NCBI GenBank assembly: GCA_048772705.1
Contig: JBLWGC010000115.1
Span: 1 to 64,000, forward strand
DNA length: 64,000 nucleotides
Reading direction: 5' to 3'
Source of the DNA: Leidyana gryllorum EB-2025a
Taxonomy: Eukaryota > Protista > Apicomplexa
Shown: positions 44,182 to 54,998 of the stretch, piece after piece
How the letters are laid out: every line of letters begins with the position of its first letter
Position numbering within the stretch: the stretch's first letter is position 1
Position numbers and translations under genes: made by a program
The notes under the pieces: generated by a model
Database searches by the model: none
The model's input: the letters and a program-made list of their open reading frames with translations, nothing else
Told to the model about the DNA's origin: nothing

Positions 44182-47100
44182 TCAAAAACCATTAGCCTGC
44201 TTCTCCAACTCGAGCAACCTAACCTTGGTTTTCCTGCGTGAAGGCGTTGGCGGACTGACTAATCTGGGCTGATTAGAATCGTCGTTTATCCAGTCCATCT
44301 CTGGCCACGACGGGGCTTGAAACAGACTTTGCATATAACTGAGCTTCGTATCGAAACTTCTATGAGTCCACGACATCGGCGACTTGACAATGCGGGGCGA
44401 AGTCGGTTCCGACTCCCCTCTTGCCACCAGAGGAAGAGTTAATTTACAGTCTGCCCGTGTCGCTTTCCCGGACCGAAGGGCTCGAGGTGTCCCGTCCGAC
44501 AGCACTGGACGATGAGTTCGGAGAGTTTCAGGAGGCCGCGGATCCTGAATGTCAACGATTGGGGCTGCCTCGTGATCCGCATTTGACTTCGCTTTACTCT
44601 TCTCCTTCTTCTCCTTGTCCTTCTTCCTCTTCTTCTGCTTTTTCTTGTCCTTCTTAACCTCTTTCTCCCTCTCCCTCTCCCTCTCCTCCTTCTTCACCTT
44701 TCTCTCCGTGTCCTCGACTTTCTTTACATTCTCACAGGCGTCGTTGCTCTCATCAGTGGGGGGCCGATTACTTTCGTCTGGAGGAGTGGTCTCAGCAACT
44801 CGCGACTCTTCCCGCGAAATCGGAATCGTCAACGCCTCGCCGCCGCCCTCCTCCATCGATGGTTCCGGCAGGGGTCCCATTCTTGACGTTTCACCATCCA
44901 CAACACTGTCTCCTCCGACTTCCACAACAACTTCTTCCTCCCGACACAGCAATTGCGAAGCAAACGTTCCCACTCTTCTCCGTTTCGGAGGACTCTTGAT
45001 CACAACCTCAGGGGGTTCCTCGGGAGCCTCCGCTTCTTCGCTCGCCGCCGGGATATACACTGGGGAGACTGTCCTTTTGCTCCTCCTGCGGGGCTGTTCG
45101 CGGCCACTGACATTGGGGGCGGCGGCAACATCGGCCGGCGACGCTATTTGGTTCGTCTGAACCGAATTTACGAGCTTAGCTAGAAAACTTGCGATCAGTT
45201 CATTGGTCTGGATCAACCGCTCCAGTAACTCGTCATTGGACTTGACTATAATCGTCCTTTCAGACTTTGGCGGATGGGCCTGTGCGTCTTCTGCCGCGGG
45301 AGGCGGTCCTGAACGACGGGCTCGCAATACCCCCTGGCTTCGCCGAGAGACATGAGCTTCCTGGGCGGAGACGTCCTCTGCTCCGTCCTCACTGCGGCCG
45401 CTTTTTATACGTGGTGTGGCGATCGGACTCGTGTCCATTCGGTCGGTCTCATCGTGTCCCTCAACGTTCTCTTGTTCCACTCCCTGCCGCTCAGCCTCTC
45501 CGCCTCCAACCATCAATGTTGGGACATCACCCACTTGCATATCCTCATCCTCGGCTGGGAAGGTGGTGGTTTCATCCACATGAGGACTTAGGGTAAGCGG
45601 CTGAAACAGTGTCTCGCAAGGCAAAATGGAGGTTTTTGGTGAGTCAGGCGCTTCTCTGGGGTACCGCGGGGAGCCTTCCTCTTCTTCCTCCCCGCCAGCC
45701 TCGATCTCTCTTTCTACTTGACTCAAGGTGTCCCCCGGCACCAGACACACTTCCACAACAGCAGGCGAAGGGCTCAAAACTTGAGTCCCCGGAAGGTCGA
45801 TGTCCTCCTCCATCCTCGCATCATCGACACTGTCTTCCTTCCCGTCATCAGCCGACGAGGTCGACCGACTGAGACTGGAAACCGCATCCGGGTCCGGTGA
45901 AGCCGCCGGCTGATGGTCCGGGATCGTCTCAAGGGTCACGAGAGTGTCCTGAGTTTCGCGGACGTTGTCCTCTGGGGGTGATTCGGCCGACTCGGCAGGG
46001 TTCTCGACTGCAGCGGGAGCCGGCTCGACCGCCGGCTCGTACCCCACATCAGCACCTGCTCGATTGGACACCCGCTCGATTGCTGACGCTTGATCGTCAC
46101 TCTGTCGCCTCACTGCAGGGATGGGAAGAGTCAACTTTGTTACGGGTGCAGCTTCAGGAAGGGGTAATTGTTGCGTGGCAGAGTCGGGTGTCGAATCGAC
46201 GTCCAATAGTTGAGTCTCTTCTTCTTCCAAACCCGGATCTTGGGTGGCTGGGGCAGGATCGGGGCGCTGAGGGAGGGGCTGTGTCTCCACTTCCTCCAAA
46301 GACGAGTTGATTTTATTCATTATACGGTTGATGATGTCAGCAGACGCCATAACCCGCAGTGAATCGGCAGCATTGTCCACTTCTTGGAGCAGCTCGGCGA
46401 CATTCCAATCGATCCAGTCTTCCGGTTTGTGCACATAGCCTTGGAGACGGTGCAATTCAGACTTGTCGAAGGGACGGGCTGGCCAAGTTCTGGTGCTCTT
46501 CTTGGTGCCTCGTAGCTTCAAGGCTTGGACAAAGTTTTTGAGAACGCCAGAAGCCCCAAAGTTGAAATCACCAAACCTGTGTGCGGCAAGCCGGCATATG
46601 ACGGGAGCGGATCCCATGACCAAATGGTGATTATACATCTTGTCGGCCATAGCCAGCTCACAGATGATTCGTAACAAACTTTCGAGATCTGCTTCGTCTT
46701 GGAGGACCGACCAGCGCACAATCATTATTTCGAGGCAGCCTTGGAAGATGGCGACGCTTTGCGGCAAACTTTGTTCGAGAGGGTAAGTCATACCCGGTTG
46801 ACTCCGCGGAGTCGCCAGTCGAAGTTTCTCAATGGCTTTTGTGGCTTGTCGCACTGGATCGAGCAGACGCATCAGCGCCTCCTCGATGGCCGTTGACCCC
46901 AGCCGTCCCGCACGGCAGCAGAAGGATATGATATAGGAGTAGACGCGCAACTTCTTGTCCTGATTGGTCTCGTACTCGGCACTCTCAAAGAGACATTTGA
47001 TCATCTTGAGATGGAACCTCACGAAATCCGTATTGACCAAACCGAACATCAGTAGGGGGAGGATTCTTGACTCTTGGGTCATCAGACAGCAGCGCTGAAA

Positions 47101-48621
47101 CAGAGCCAAGTAGCGTTCGAAGAAGACATCAGACATTTCCACGACTTTACTTTCCTCGGAATCTCCTTTGGCACCTTTGAAAGGTCTTCGACCCCGGGTG
47201 CGGCCTGACCGAGCGGAGGAACCCATCGAGCCCACTGACCCGGAGGCCATGGAAGAAGCTTCGCTCATCAGACCCAAGTTGCCCTGGCTCCAGATTCCAG
47301 AGGGAGGACGGGTGCCAGAGCGGTCAGAGCCGCGATCAGAAGATAGACCACTTGATGCATCATCAAGGGCTCCTCGCCGTCTCTTGCCGCTGCTGGCTAT
47401 GCTAAAGTCTGAAGAAGACAGGCCGTCCTTCTCCACAGTGTTCTCTCCGAGAGCAGTGACCGCCAACTGGGAGCACTCCTTTTGGAGAGTGCTGAGTCGC
47501 AGACGCATATCTTTGAGAGACTCCATCTCCTCCAACATGTACATCATGGTGGTGGTGAAGGCTTCGTCGAGTTTGAGTAATATGGGACTGACCTCCAATT
47601 CGGTTCTCAGTTGCAGAAAGAGTTCTCGCAGTCTATTCCCACTGGTCATCTCTCGCGCGGCCTCTTTTTCCGCTCGCGAGTATTTGCCGCTCTGATCGAT
47701 GAGTACCGTGGCGAGCTTCTTGACCTCGTCTCGTTTCCAGATGTGCCATTCCTCTTCGTTGACTTCGGGTCCCGTACTCTCTTCTCTCTCCTGTTCCAAC
47801 TTGTTGAGTTTGGTCCAAATGATCTCCTTGATGCTCCAGTGTAGCGTGGAGTGGCCGAGCGAGTTGCGATCGATTGCCGTTCGTCGTCCATTGGCACTTT
47901 GGTCGACGAATTTGGGAAGAGTGCGTCTGAGAAGTTCCAAGAGGCCCTTAAGATAACTCTGGATACTCTCGTTATCGCGGATGGCGTCTTTGAAGACCCC
48001 GTTCTGCTTGTTGAATTCCGTCGGAGGGAACTTGGCGTCTGCAACTTTGCGGTATATATCCTCCAGGACGGCTTTATAGTGCGAGTAGAGATGGAATAAT
48101 TGGTCCACAATCGCATGTCTGATGGGATCCTGGGTGGGATCGGGTATGCGGGGCAGACATTTCCCAAAGGAGGTCATGTCTTTGGTACCATCCGCTTTGA
48201 TTACGACAAGAGCCATGGCTTGGCTTCGTGGATTTTGCTCGACAGTGAAGCCCTCCAAATCGGCGAGTTTAGTTTCTGCGCTGGGATGGAATTCCAATAC
48301 AGCTCTGATGAGCTTATAGGCGTCAGTGTCTGCAGAGATGCGATCCCCGATCTTTGTACCTCGAACGATTTGGATGAGGCGGCTCTTGAGAGCCTGTTTA
48401 TTGCGGAAGGTCTGTCCGCCGATCTCAACCTTTCGAGACCTGGACTCCCCGCAGTCTGGATACTCACTTTCATCGTGGAAGTAGCGTAATTGATGAAATA
48501 ATGCATTGGTTATTTCATGTCCAAACTGACGTCGGGCCGATGAGAAAAGTCGGTCCACTTCGTTTCTCCACGCTTTGAGTTCCCCAGTAGTTGCCAAACG
48601 ATAGTTGAAGTCCGTCACCAA
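44182..48621 (-). CDS. RRN3-like Pol I initiation factor with a DUF3223/DCL-like insert and a long acidic disordered tail; 5' exons probably upstream
   Basis: FHP.AE.K..D.TKD.SF.KC (DUF3223-like); KLD..M and R..SYI.SF..RA resemble RRN3; recognised by eye only. Confidence 0.55.
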   Translation of the reverse strand: MVTDFNYRLATTGELKAWRNEVDRLFSSARRQFGHEITNALFHQLRYFHDESEYPDCGESRSRKVEIGGQTFRNKQALKSRLIQIVRGTKIGDRISADTDAYKLIRAVLEFHPSAETKLADLEGFTVEQNPRSQAMALVVIKADGTKDMTSFGKCLPRIPDPTQDPIRHAIVDQLFHLYSHYKAVLEDIYRKVADAKFPPTEFNKQNGVFKDAIRDNESIQSYLKGLLELLRRTLPKFVDQSANGRRTAIDRNSLGHSTLHWSIKEIIWTKLNKLEQEREESTGPEVNEEEWHIWKRDEVKKLATVLIDQSGKYSRAEKEAAREMTSGNRLRELFLQLRTELEVSPILLKLDEAFTTTMMYMLEEMESLKDMRLRLSTLQKECSQLAVTALGENTVEKDGLSSSDFSIASSGKRRRGALDDASSGLSSDRGSDRSGTRPPSGIWSQGNLGLMSEASSMASGSVGSMGSSARSGRTRGRRPFKGAKGDSEESKVVEMSDVFFERYLALFQRCCLMTQESRILPLLMFGLVNTDFVRFHLKMIKCLFESAEYETNQDKKLRVYSYIISFCCRAGRLGSTAIEEALMRLLDPVRQATKAIEKLRLATPRSQPGMTYPLEQSLPQSVAIFQGCLEIMIVRWSVLQDEADLESLLRIICELAMADKMYNHHLVMGSAPVICRLAAHRFGDFNFGASGVLKNFVQALKLRGTKKSTRTWPARPFDKSELHRLQGYVHKPEDWIDWNVAELLQEVDNAADSLRVMASADIINRIMNKINSSLEEVETQPLPQRPDPAPATQDPGLEEEETQLLDVDSTPDSATQQLPLPEAAPVTKLTLPIPAVRRQSDDQASAIERVSNRAGADVGYEPAVEPAPAAVENPAESAESPPEDNVRETQDTLVTLETIPDHQPAASPDPDAVSSLSRSTSSADDGKEDSVDDARMEEDIDLPGTQVLSPSPAVVEVCLVPGDTLSQVEREIEAGGEEEEEGSPRYPREAPDSPKTSILPCETLFQPLTLSPHVDETTTFPAEDEDMQVGDVPTLMVGGGEAERQGVEQENVEGHDETDRMDTSPIATPRIKSGRSEDGAEDVSAQEAHVSRRSQGVLRARRSGPPPAAEDAQAHPPKSERTIIVKSNDELLERLIQTNELIASFLAKLVNSVQTNQIASPADVAAAPNVSGREQPRRRSKRTVSPVYIPAASEEAEAPEEPPEVVIKSPPKRRRVGTFASQLLCREEEVVVEVGGDSVVDGETSRMGPLPEPSMEEGGGEALTIPISREESRVAETTPPDESNRPPTDESNDACENVKKVEDTERKVKKEEREREREKEVKKDKKKQKKRKKDKEKKEKSKAKSNADHEAAPIVDIQDPRPPETLRTHRPVLSDGTPRALRSGKATRADCKLTLPLVARGESEPTSPRIVKSPMSWTHRSFDTKLSYMQSLFQAPSWPEMDWINDDSNQPRLVSPPTPSRRKTKVRLLELEKQANGF

Positions 48622-49005
48622 CGTCTCGACACGTTGCCCTTCAGTGGTTTGATCCAGTGTACCCTCAGTTATCTCATCTCGAAGTTGTCTGACGAAAATT
48701 GTTCATTACGAGAATGGCCACGATTGGCATGAACATCGGACGGACATATCCACATGTAGGTGGGCGCCAGGCACCTTCTATGCGCTCGGACCCGCTCCCA
48801 AAATGAATTGAAACGGACACAATGACGACGGCTTAGAGTCTCCGAGATACATAGCTTCATAAGGAATTTGAACTTACTGTGCGGCAAGGAGACATGCTCG
48901 ATTGTTCTCACGGTTTGAGGTGTCCGTGATAGTAGTGGCAGCCGTAAGGGGGTCAGGGGGGTGCCTTCCCCGGTTCGCAGCCATTTTTTTTTGCCGTGCA
49001 TTCAG

Positions 49006-51297
49006 CTAAGAGTCGGCGGCAACGGTCGGGGCGGTGCTAATAGTGGCTGTATCAGCTTGTTTGCTGCTGCCAACTGTTGTAATCGGCTGGTCAGCTGCAA
49101 GCCCGAGCAGCCGCAAAGTTGGTTCTTGCAGACCCGTGTATCGCAATTGCTGAAGTCTGGCTAGATGTCGAGCTCGGTCCCTCTCCTCTGAATCATCAGT
49201 CCACTGAGCGATTGTCAGATAGATCTCCACCACCCGGCTCGCGTAGGGGCCAAGAGGCGTCAAACCTTCCGAGTCTAGTCCGATGATTTTCAGAAGCTGT
49301 CGTGAGGTGGAGCAGATTGTCGCTCCGTCTGAAGTGAATTGCGCGAGGGCTCGCCTCAACAAAAGAGGTTGGAGAAGTCCCAAATGCGACGTCACTGGCC
49401 GCTGGCAGCGCTCATAACTGAGGCGAAGCACCTCGATCAGTTGATCCAGTTCCACGACAGCTTTCCTCAGCATAGCCATAGCAGTCGCCTCGTCGCCAGA
49501 GGAGGCCGCTGCCAACTCGGCCTCGATCTCCTGTGCTCGCGTTAACTGTTCGGCCTGGAGGAGGAGCTCCGCGCGTGGTGCACATCGCTCCAGTTGACAT
49601 AAAGAGCAGGGGCAAGCTGCGGCTAGAAGTCGAGCTTGGAGGGACTCACGTTGCTCGTAACTGTACCAAGGGGGTACATAGGATTCTGTGATCTCAGTAC
49701 CTGCTGGTAAGTCGCACACGGCCCGCACGACCACCAGGTCACCAAAATATATTCTGAAAGTATTAGCTACACAGCAAGGATTGATGAGCGCAGCCCGATG
49801 GAAGAGGCAATAGGGTGTCCCTGGCCACCAGCTGTTCACCCTTTCTAGTAGTGGCGGTGGGGCAGGAGGAAGTCGCCGAAGTCGAGATGCGGGGCGAGTG
49901 TTGGCATCGAGAGCGGAGCGTATGTGACACGAGTCTACAGCCACGTACGGGCGTAACTTGGATCTGGTCTTCGTCAAAACACGCAGCTGACTAACCGCAA
50001 CTCCCACTGTCACAGGGTTGTGGTGCACCAGACCTATTAGTTCCTTCGTCAGCGAGTTAAAGGCCATTTCCTTGCAAGATCGCAGTGCATTTTCTCCCTC
50101 AGAAGTATATGGAGGCACGTCGGCGATGAGTTTGCTGACCAAAGCTTTCTCAATGAGTAAGATCTGGCCGGCCGACACGTCTTCAGTCAGGAAGACTCCC
50201 ACGCGCCCGAACCGAGGGGAAAATTTGATCTCCAGCGGTCCGACCATGTCGGCGAAGTCGATGGGTTGGAAGACTCCGTCAGGGCGCCAGCTGAGTGCCA
50301 AGTCGTCGATGGTGACTTGGCCCCTCGCCTCGCGCTTTCGAGCTTCCACGTGAGATAAGAAGTCCAATGCAGACGGAGATCCCGGCTTTCTGAGCAATAA
50401 AGCTCTCAAATTCACTTCAGCTTCTTCCCACATCCGCAAGGCGTAGAACGAACGTGCTCTTGCAAAAAGAGCGCCTTCATTGCCCGGATCATCTTCCAAG
50501 CAGAGTTCGGTATCCAACAGAGCAATTTCCCAGCGATGCATCCGAAACGCTGCTGCCGCGCGATTGAGACGACTGCGTAACATATTCTCGCGGTCCTTCT
50601 CAGCAGTTGCTGTTATAAGTCCACCAGTGTACAATATATATGCTTGATAGTGGCCTCCATTGTCGAAAAATGCGTTTCCCCCCTCCCGCCATTGCGTCGG
50701 AGTCAGCAGGGAATAGTCTGGAATCGGCCATTGATTCAGCCACTTCACTCCAGTGACCCGCGGGTCGTAGCAGTCGAAGAAAAGAAGGTCCGTCGGATGC
50801 TCAACTCGTATCGATTCGAAACCAAAGTCTCCCGAGTGTGGTTCTTTGATAACGAGCGGCGCCCCGACAGCCACAACCACAGATGGCGGTGCAGGTCCAC
50901 CGTAGTTATAAATACTTATAATTTCCACATTGCCGTCAGGGTCCTCCACGACAGTAGTGATACCCAGCTGATCTGGGGTCAGTGAGGCTTGTGCAATTGT
51001 ACGTGCGAGTAGGTATACACCTCGATGAACTCCTCCACGGCGAAGGCCCTTCAATGTCTTCCTCTCCAGAGCTCCCAGCGGTAATTCGCATGGTGTATTG
51101 TATTGGTCATTCTGGTATGGATGGATAAGACGAACCAATGGTCGACTGAGAAAGCCTTGTAGATGGCTGGCGTAGAAATCCAAAACCTCCTTTCTTGTCC
51201 GACTCTGGCCGGGGGGCACTAGGATGCGCCCAGGTCGAAGGGGTGTAATGGCGCACCGCTCCGGTTCTACTACATCCAATGAAACCTCGGCCCCCAT
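49006..51297 (-). CDS. TPR + SET domain protein
   Basis: GNAFF..NRAAAA..ALFARARSFYAL TPR motifs; GVFLTEDVSAGQILLIEKA and INPCCVAN..VRAVCDLPAGTEITESY SET motifs; CPCSLC post-SET. Confidence 0.8.
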   Translation of the reverse strand: MGAEVSLDVVEPERCAITPLRPGRILVPPGQSRTRKEVLDFYASHLQGFLSRPLVRLIHPYQNDQYNTPCELPLGALERKTLKGLRRGGVHRGVYLLARTIAQASLTPDQLGITTVVEDPDGNVEIISIYNYGGPAPPSVVVAVGAPLVIKEPHSGDFGFESIRVEHPTDLLFFDCYDPRVTGVKWLNQWPIPDYSLLTPTQWREGGNAFFDNGGHYQAYILYTGGLITATAEKDRENMLRSRLNRAAAAFRMHRWEIALLDTELCLEDDPGNEGALFARARSFYALRMWEEAEVNLRALLLRKPGSPSALDFLSHVEARKREARGQVTIDDLALSWRPDGVFQPIDFADMVGPLEIKFSPRFGRVGVFLTEDVSAGQILLIEKALVSKLIADVPPYTSEGENALRSCKEMAFNSLTKELIGLVHHNPVTVGVAVSQLRVLTKTRSKLRPYVAVDSCHIRSALDANTRPASRLRRLPPAPPPLLERVNSWWPGTPYCLFHRAALINPCCVANTFRIYFGDLVVVRAVCDLPAGTEITESYVPPWYSYEQRESLQARLLAAACPCSLCQLERCAPRAELLLQAEQLTRAQEIEAELAAASSGDEATAMAMLRKAVVELDQLIEVLRLSYERCQRPVTSHLGLLQPLLLRRALAQFTSDGATICSTSRQLLKIIGLDSEGLTPLGPYASRVVEIYLTIAQWTDDSEERDRARHLARLQQLRYTGLQEPTLRLLGLAADQPITTVGSSKQADTATISTAPTVAADS

Positions 51298-51308
51298 TCC
51301 TCCTTTTT

Positions 51309-53371
51309 TTACCCCACCAAATCGCTACCCAACATGAATACTGCATCACCACTCTGAGCAGAACACTCCACCCCGTCTGTACCAACGAACATGCGCTCTG
51401 CAAACTCTTCCCCAAAGCTCTTTGCACCTAAGCGCTGGCGGCGCTCCCATTCTATTGCCCCCATGTCCTCCGCTGTCAGCAGCTGACGCACATTGCACCT
51501 GCAACAACAGTCAAAATACTAACCAGTCAAAAATACACCTCTGACGGTTCAGCCCGCCGCCGTGGCCTCTTCTCTCTTATCAGTCACACACTTACATTCC
51601 AATGCAGCTTATGCTCGTCAGCAGCAAACAGCGTTCGATCAGCAGCCGAACGCGCAGGGATATCTCGGGGGGAATCACACTGTTCGCCAGTCCCTCGTGT
51701 GGGGAGGACGCAAACAGACACCGTAACTCCTTGAGACCCGGGCAGGCTCGGGGAATGCACTCCGGCGACGCCATTCTCAGACAGGGAATTTGTAGCAGCT
51801 CGAGGTTGGGGAACACCCAGAAACGTCCGTCGCCTCGCGCCCGCCTCGCTTCCGGCGACTCAGCAGAAAAAGACGCCGTACTGGACGCTGCGGGCAGAGA
51901 CTCAAACAGTCGCAGCAAAAGTAGCGATGCAGCTGCTTGTGCGTCCCCGTCTCTCAGGGGAACCGAGATGCTCAGAGCCGTCAAGCTCGGACATAGAGAT
52001 ACGGTCCGTTCCGGACCCTCCTGTGTTTCAAATAGCCACCTGCACCCAGAGAGAGATGGTAGCGGGGGCGGACCTGTCGGTCGAACTCACCTGATGTCAA
52101 GGGCAAAGGAGTCCACTTCGTCGAATCCTAACGACAACTTTTGGAGATTCGGGAAAGGAGTGGTAGGCTCGCCTACACTGCAACACAATGATTGCTGCCT
52201 CGCGGGGGAGAGAGTCTTGGACGCCCTACCGACAATTGAGAGTATTGATCCCATGGAGGGTCAACTTGGTGAGGGGGAAGTGGGACATATATATTGGGGA
52301 ATCCACGTTCTTCAGTTTGTGGAGATCCACGGGGGGTTGAAAAGCCAGTACTCGCGAGCTGACGTTGGGAGAGGATAGAGAAAGGGATAACGTGGTAAGT
52401 AAGGGAAACCAGGAGAAAAGGAGGGACCAGTCCAGCCTGTGAAGCCACGGACCGTTCCGTTCAGCGTGTTTCTGACAACCTGTACATTTTCCACAAGCCA
52501 TTGACGAAATCCAGAATCCTTGTCGCCTCAAGGTGATACTGGAACTCCGACTCGTGAGTTGAGCTGTGTCGCTTTCCAGCGCAGAATCGTTGCCTGCCCC
52601 CAAATCAGAGGTGTCCAAAACTATTGGACCATTGTTGTGAGCGGTGGCAGGAGCCTCGTCCGGAAGCTCCGCCTGATGGGTGAGTTCCGGCATTGAGCGG
52701 GGACACCGACGCCTTTTGGAGGTCAGTGTGCGGGGTCCGTTGACGCAAGCGGACTCGCCGCCCAATTCTAGTGATGTACTGATACAGTTGTTTAGATACG
52801 CAGCGTCGTATTGGCACTCCGTGACCAAGTCGAATGGGTTTGTGTTGTGCCCTCCATTGAGCACCGACCGTTCTAACAGTTCGGTGGCTTCGATACTGGT
52901 GATAGGAGGGGTGTCGAATATGATTTCAGTGATACCAGATTTGAAGTGAGGAAGTGCTTCACCTTTGGCACCAGTGTCGTTGCATCTACAGTCTCTCAGG
53001 GCCGATAAAATGGCCAAGAGATGTTGGCGATGATACTCGAAGGGTAATAAACCAATACGTAATTTCCTAACACTGTGACGTACACAGTGCCCATCTGTCT
53101 CGTAATCCACGTCCCGCGGGAGATCCCGTCCTTCTCCAAACAGATTGTGAATCCAATCGTGGGCTTGTTTTGGGGTCCTTGTAGCACATAGTCGCAATAA
53201 TGAAGTTGCACCAATTTCCAGTTCCTGGAGGTGTGATGCCAGGTATCGTTGAACACGAGTCCTCAGAGTCTTATTGACCAAAGAAACTCGACCAACTAGT
53301 GTGTGGAACTCAAAGAATTGGAATATTGAGTCCACCACGAGCGGATGAGCCCATCCACTTCCCCCCTCCAT
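51309..53371 (-). CDS. F-box-like / LRR-like protein (multi-exon; 3' structure approximate)
   Basis: N-terminal PLVVDSIFQFF...VSLVNKTLR F-box-like; repeated FPxLxxL units across spliced frames. Confidence 0.55.
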
Positions 53372-53388
53372 ATTTCAGGAAAAGAATT

Positions 53389-54180
53389 ATGGCCCAGCTA
53401 GGTACCGAGACTCAACTTGTAGAAGGTTTCCCCCCACCACCAGCTTGGTTTGGTGAGACAAGCAAAGTATTGCCTAGTGACTATGCGGACAACCCTCCCA
53501 CGGACCAAGTTTATGCCGAACTTTCACTAGAAGACATACACAAAGCATGCCCGCCGCCTCCCCGTCCCACCGGAGACGTCTGGGTATTCGGTGCACCATT
53601 ATCACTGGTGAGGATCAATGACCTTTCCCCAACAATTGACGCTGCTCCACAGGCGGAAGTGGCGGAAACACAAATACTGGATTCGGACACCAAACTATAC
53701 CGAGACACGCCTGGTCCGGATGGGAAGGTTCCAGGTACTCAGAAACACATTACAATTGTGTGACATCACTCCCTGCAGAGTTGCGCGATGAGTTCGGAAG
53801 ACTGCTGGAAGATCTGCTCGATACGACAGGCGAACTGATGGGGCAGTGTTCGCAGTTCGGATACCCTGGTATTGGCAATATCGGGGGAAAGGCCAAGCAA
53901 GTCATGAAGGTAAAAGTTGCTCCAATATCCTCCTTAACATGAATCAACGGCAATGTTGCAGATATACCGCAATCTTCATCACATTCTGGGTATACTGAGA
54001 GACTACCAATTCTACCAAGTGCTAGCAGATCGGTTGGAAACACAGTTTCTGCACCGACTCGATCTTATAAATGACGTTCGTCAGATTGTCTTCAACCTGC
54101 CTCCTCTGACTTTGGAAGACGTTCTGAAAGACGCACAGGCTTCTGCTCCAAACCCTCAAGATGACTCGGCAATGACTTAG
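53389..54180 (+). CDS. MED7: Mediator subunit MED7 (multi-exon)
   Basis: FPPPPAWF, PPPP..VFG and NLHHILGILRDYQ MED7 motifs; GT-AG introns link three ORFs. Confidence 0.8.
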
Positions 54181-54241
54181 AGGAGGATGGGCAGGTGTCT
54201 GTCTGAGTTAACACGTGTCTCTACATGGCTACGACCCTTCA

Positions 54242-54493
54242 TCACTTGTGCGCTTTCTTCTCACCGTTACCGGGCCTGGAAGGGGCTTCGTAGCGGGCCA
54301 GCGCCTCTTCGCGAGTGGACAAGAAGAAAATTTCCCCATGTTTGAGGTACACGTCCCGAGGGCGTGGGCGGGCGGCGTTGAGAGGACGTATGTTATCAGC
54401 GTGTTGGAGCTCATAGATGGCTACTTCCCTAACTTTGCGAACCTCTCCAACCTTCAGCTGGCCGGAGGAGGATATCTCTGTGACCTTCTGCAT
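54242..54493 (-). CDS. Possible small hypothetical protein
   Basis: 83 aa ATG-initiated ORF filling the MED7-ERH gap; no homology recognised. Confidence 0.25.
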   Translation of the reverse strand: MQKVTEISSSGQLKVGEVRKVREVAIYELQHADNIRPLNAARPRPRDVYLKHGEIFFLSTREEALARYEAPSRPGNGEKKAHK

Positions 54494-54519
54494 GGGTGTA
54501 ATTTTTTAGGCTTAAACAC

Positions 54520-54932
54520 ATGAAGCACACCGTGGTGCTAATCCAATTTACTCCCGAGATAAACTCGCGAACGTGGCTAGAGTACGATGATGTGCCGCTG
54601 GCGCTGGACGGTGAGGTTTTTGAAGGGCCTGAGGAACGGTTTTGTTGTCGTTGTGCAGGTATTTGTCATCTGTACGAGCAGTCACTCAAAACGAATCATC
54701 CTGAGCTGAACGATGTAACCTACACTGTACAGCATCTCTTCGACTACATGGATGGATTCCACGACCTCTGTGCTTTCGTGTAGGTTGATCTCAACAGACC
54801 GTTTGCGGATTTGGTGTCATTGTCAGGAGAGAAAGTCCCGCACCCACTGGGAAAGGTCAATATACCCCATACGACCGGAACTGGATACAACGGGGACTGT
54901 TTGATCACTTGAGGAGGCAGGCACAGGTCTAA
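54520..54932 (+). CDS. ERH: Enhancer of rudimentary homolog (two introns; the first is 54611-54658)
   Basis: MKHTVVLIQ..SRTW.EY....ALDGICHLYE..LK..P...TY....LFDYMD...DL; last exon YTPYDRNWI. Confidence 0.9.
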
Positions 54933-54998
54933 GCACCATACAAATGGCGTCGCACACTCAGCTTGAGCAGATATGCAAACTTGTCGACCTCTGGTGCG

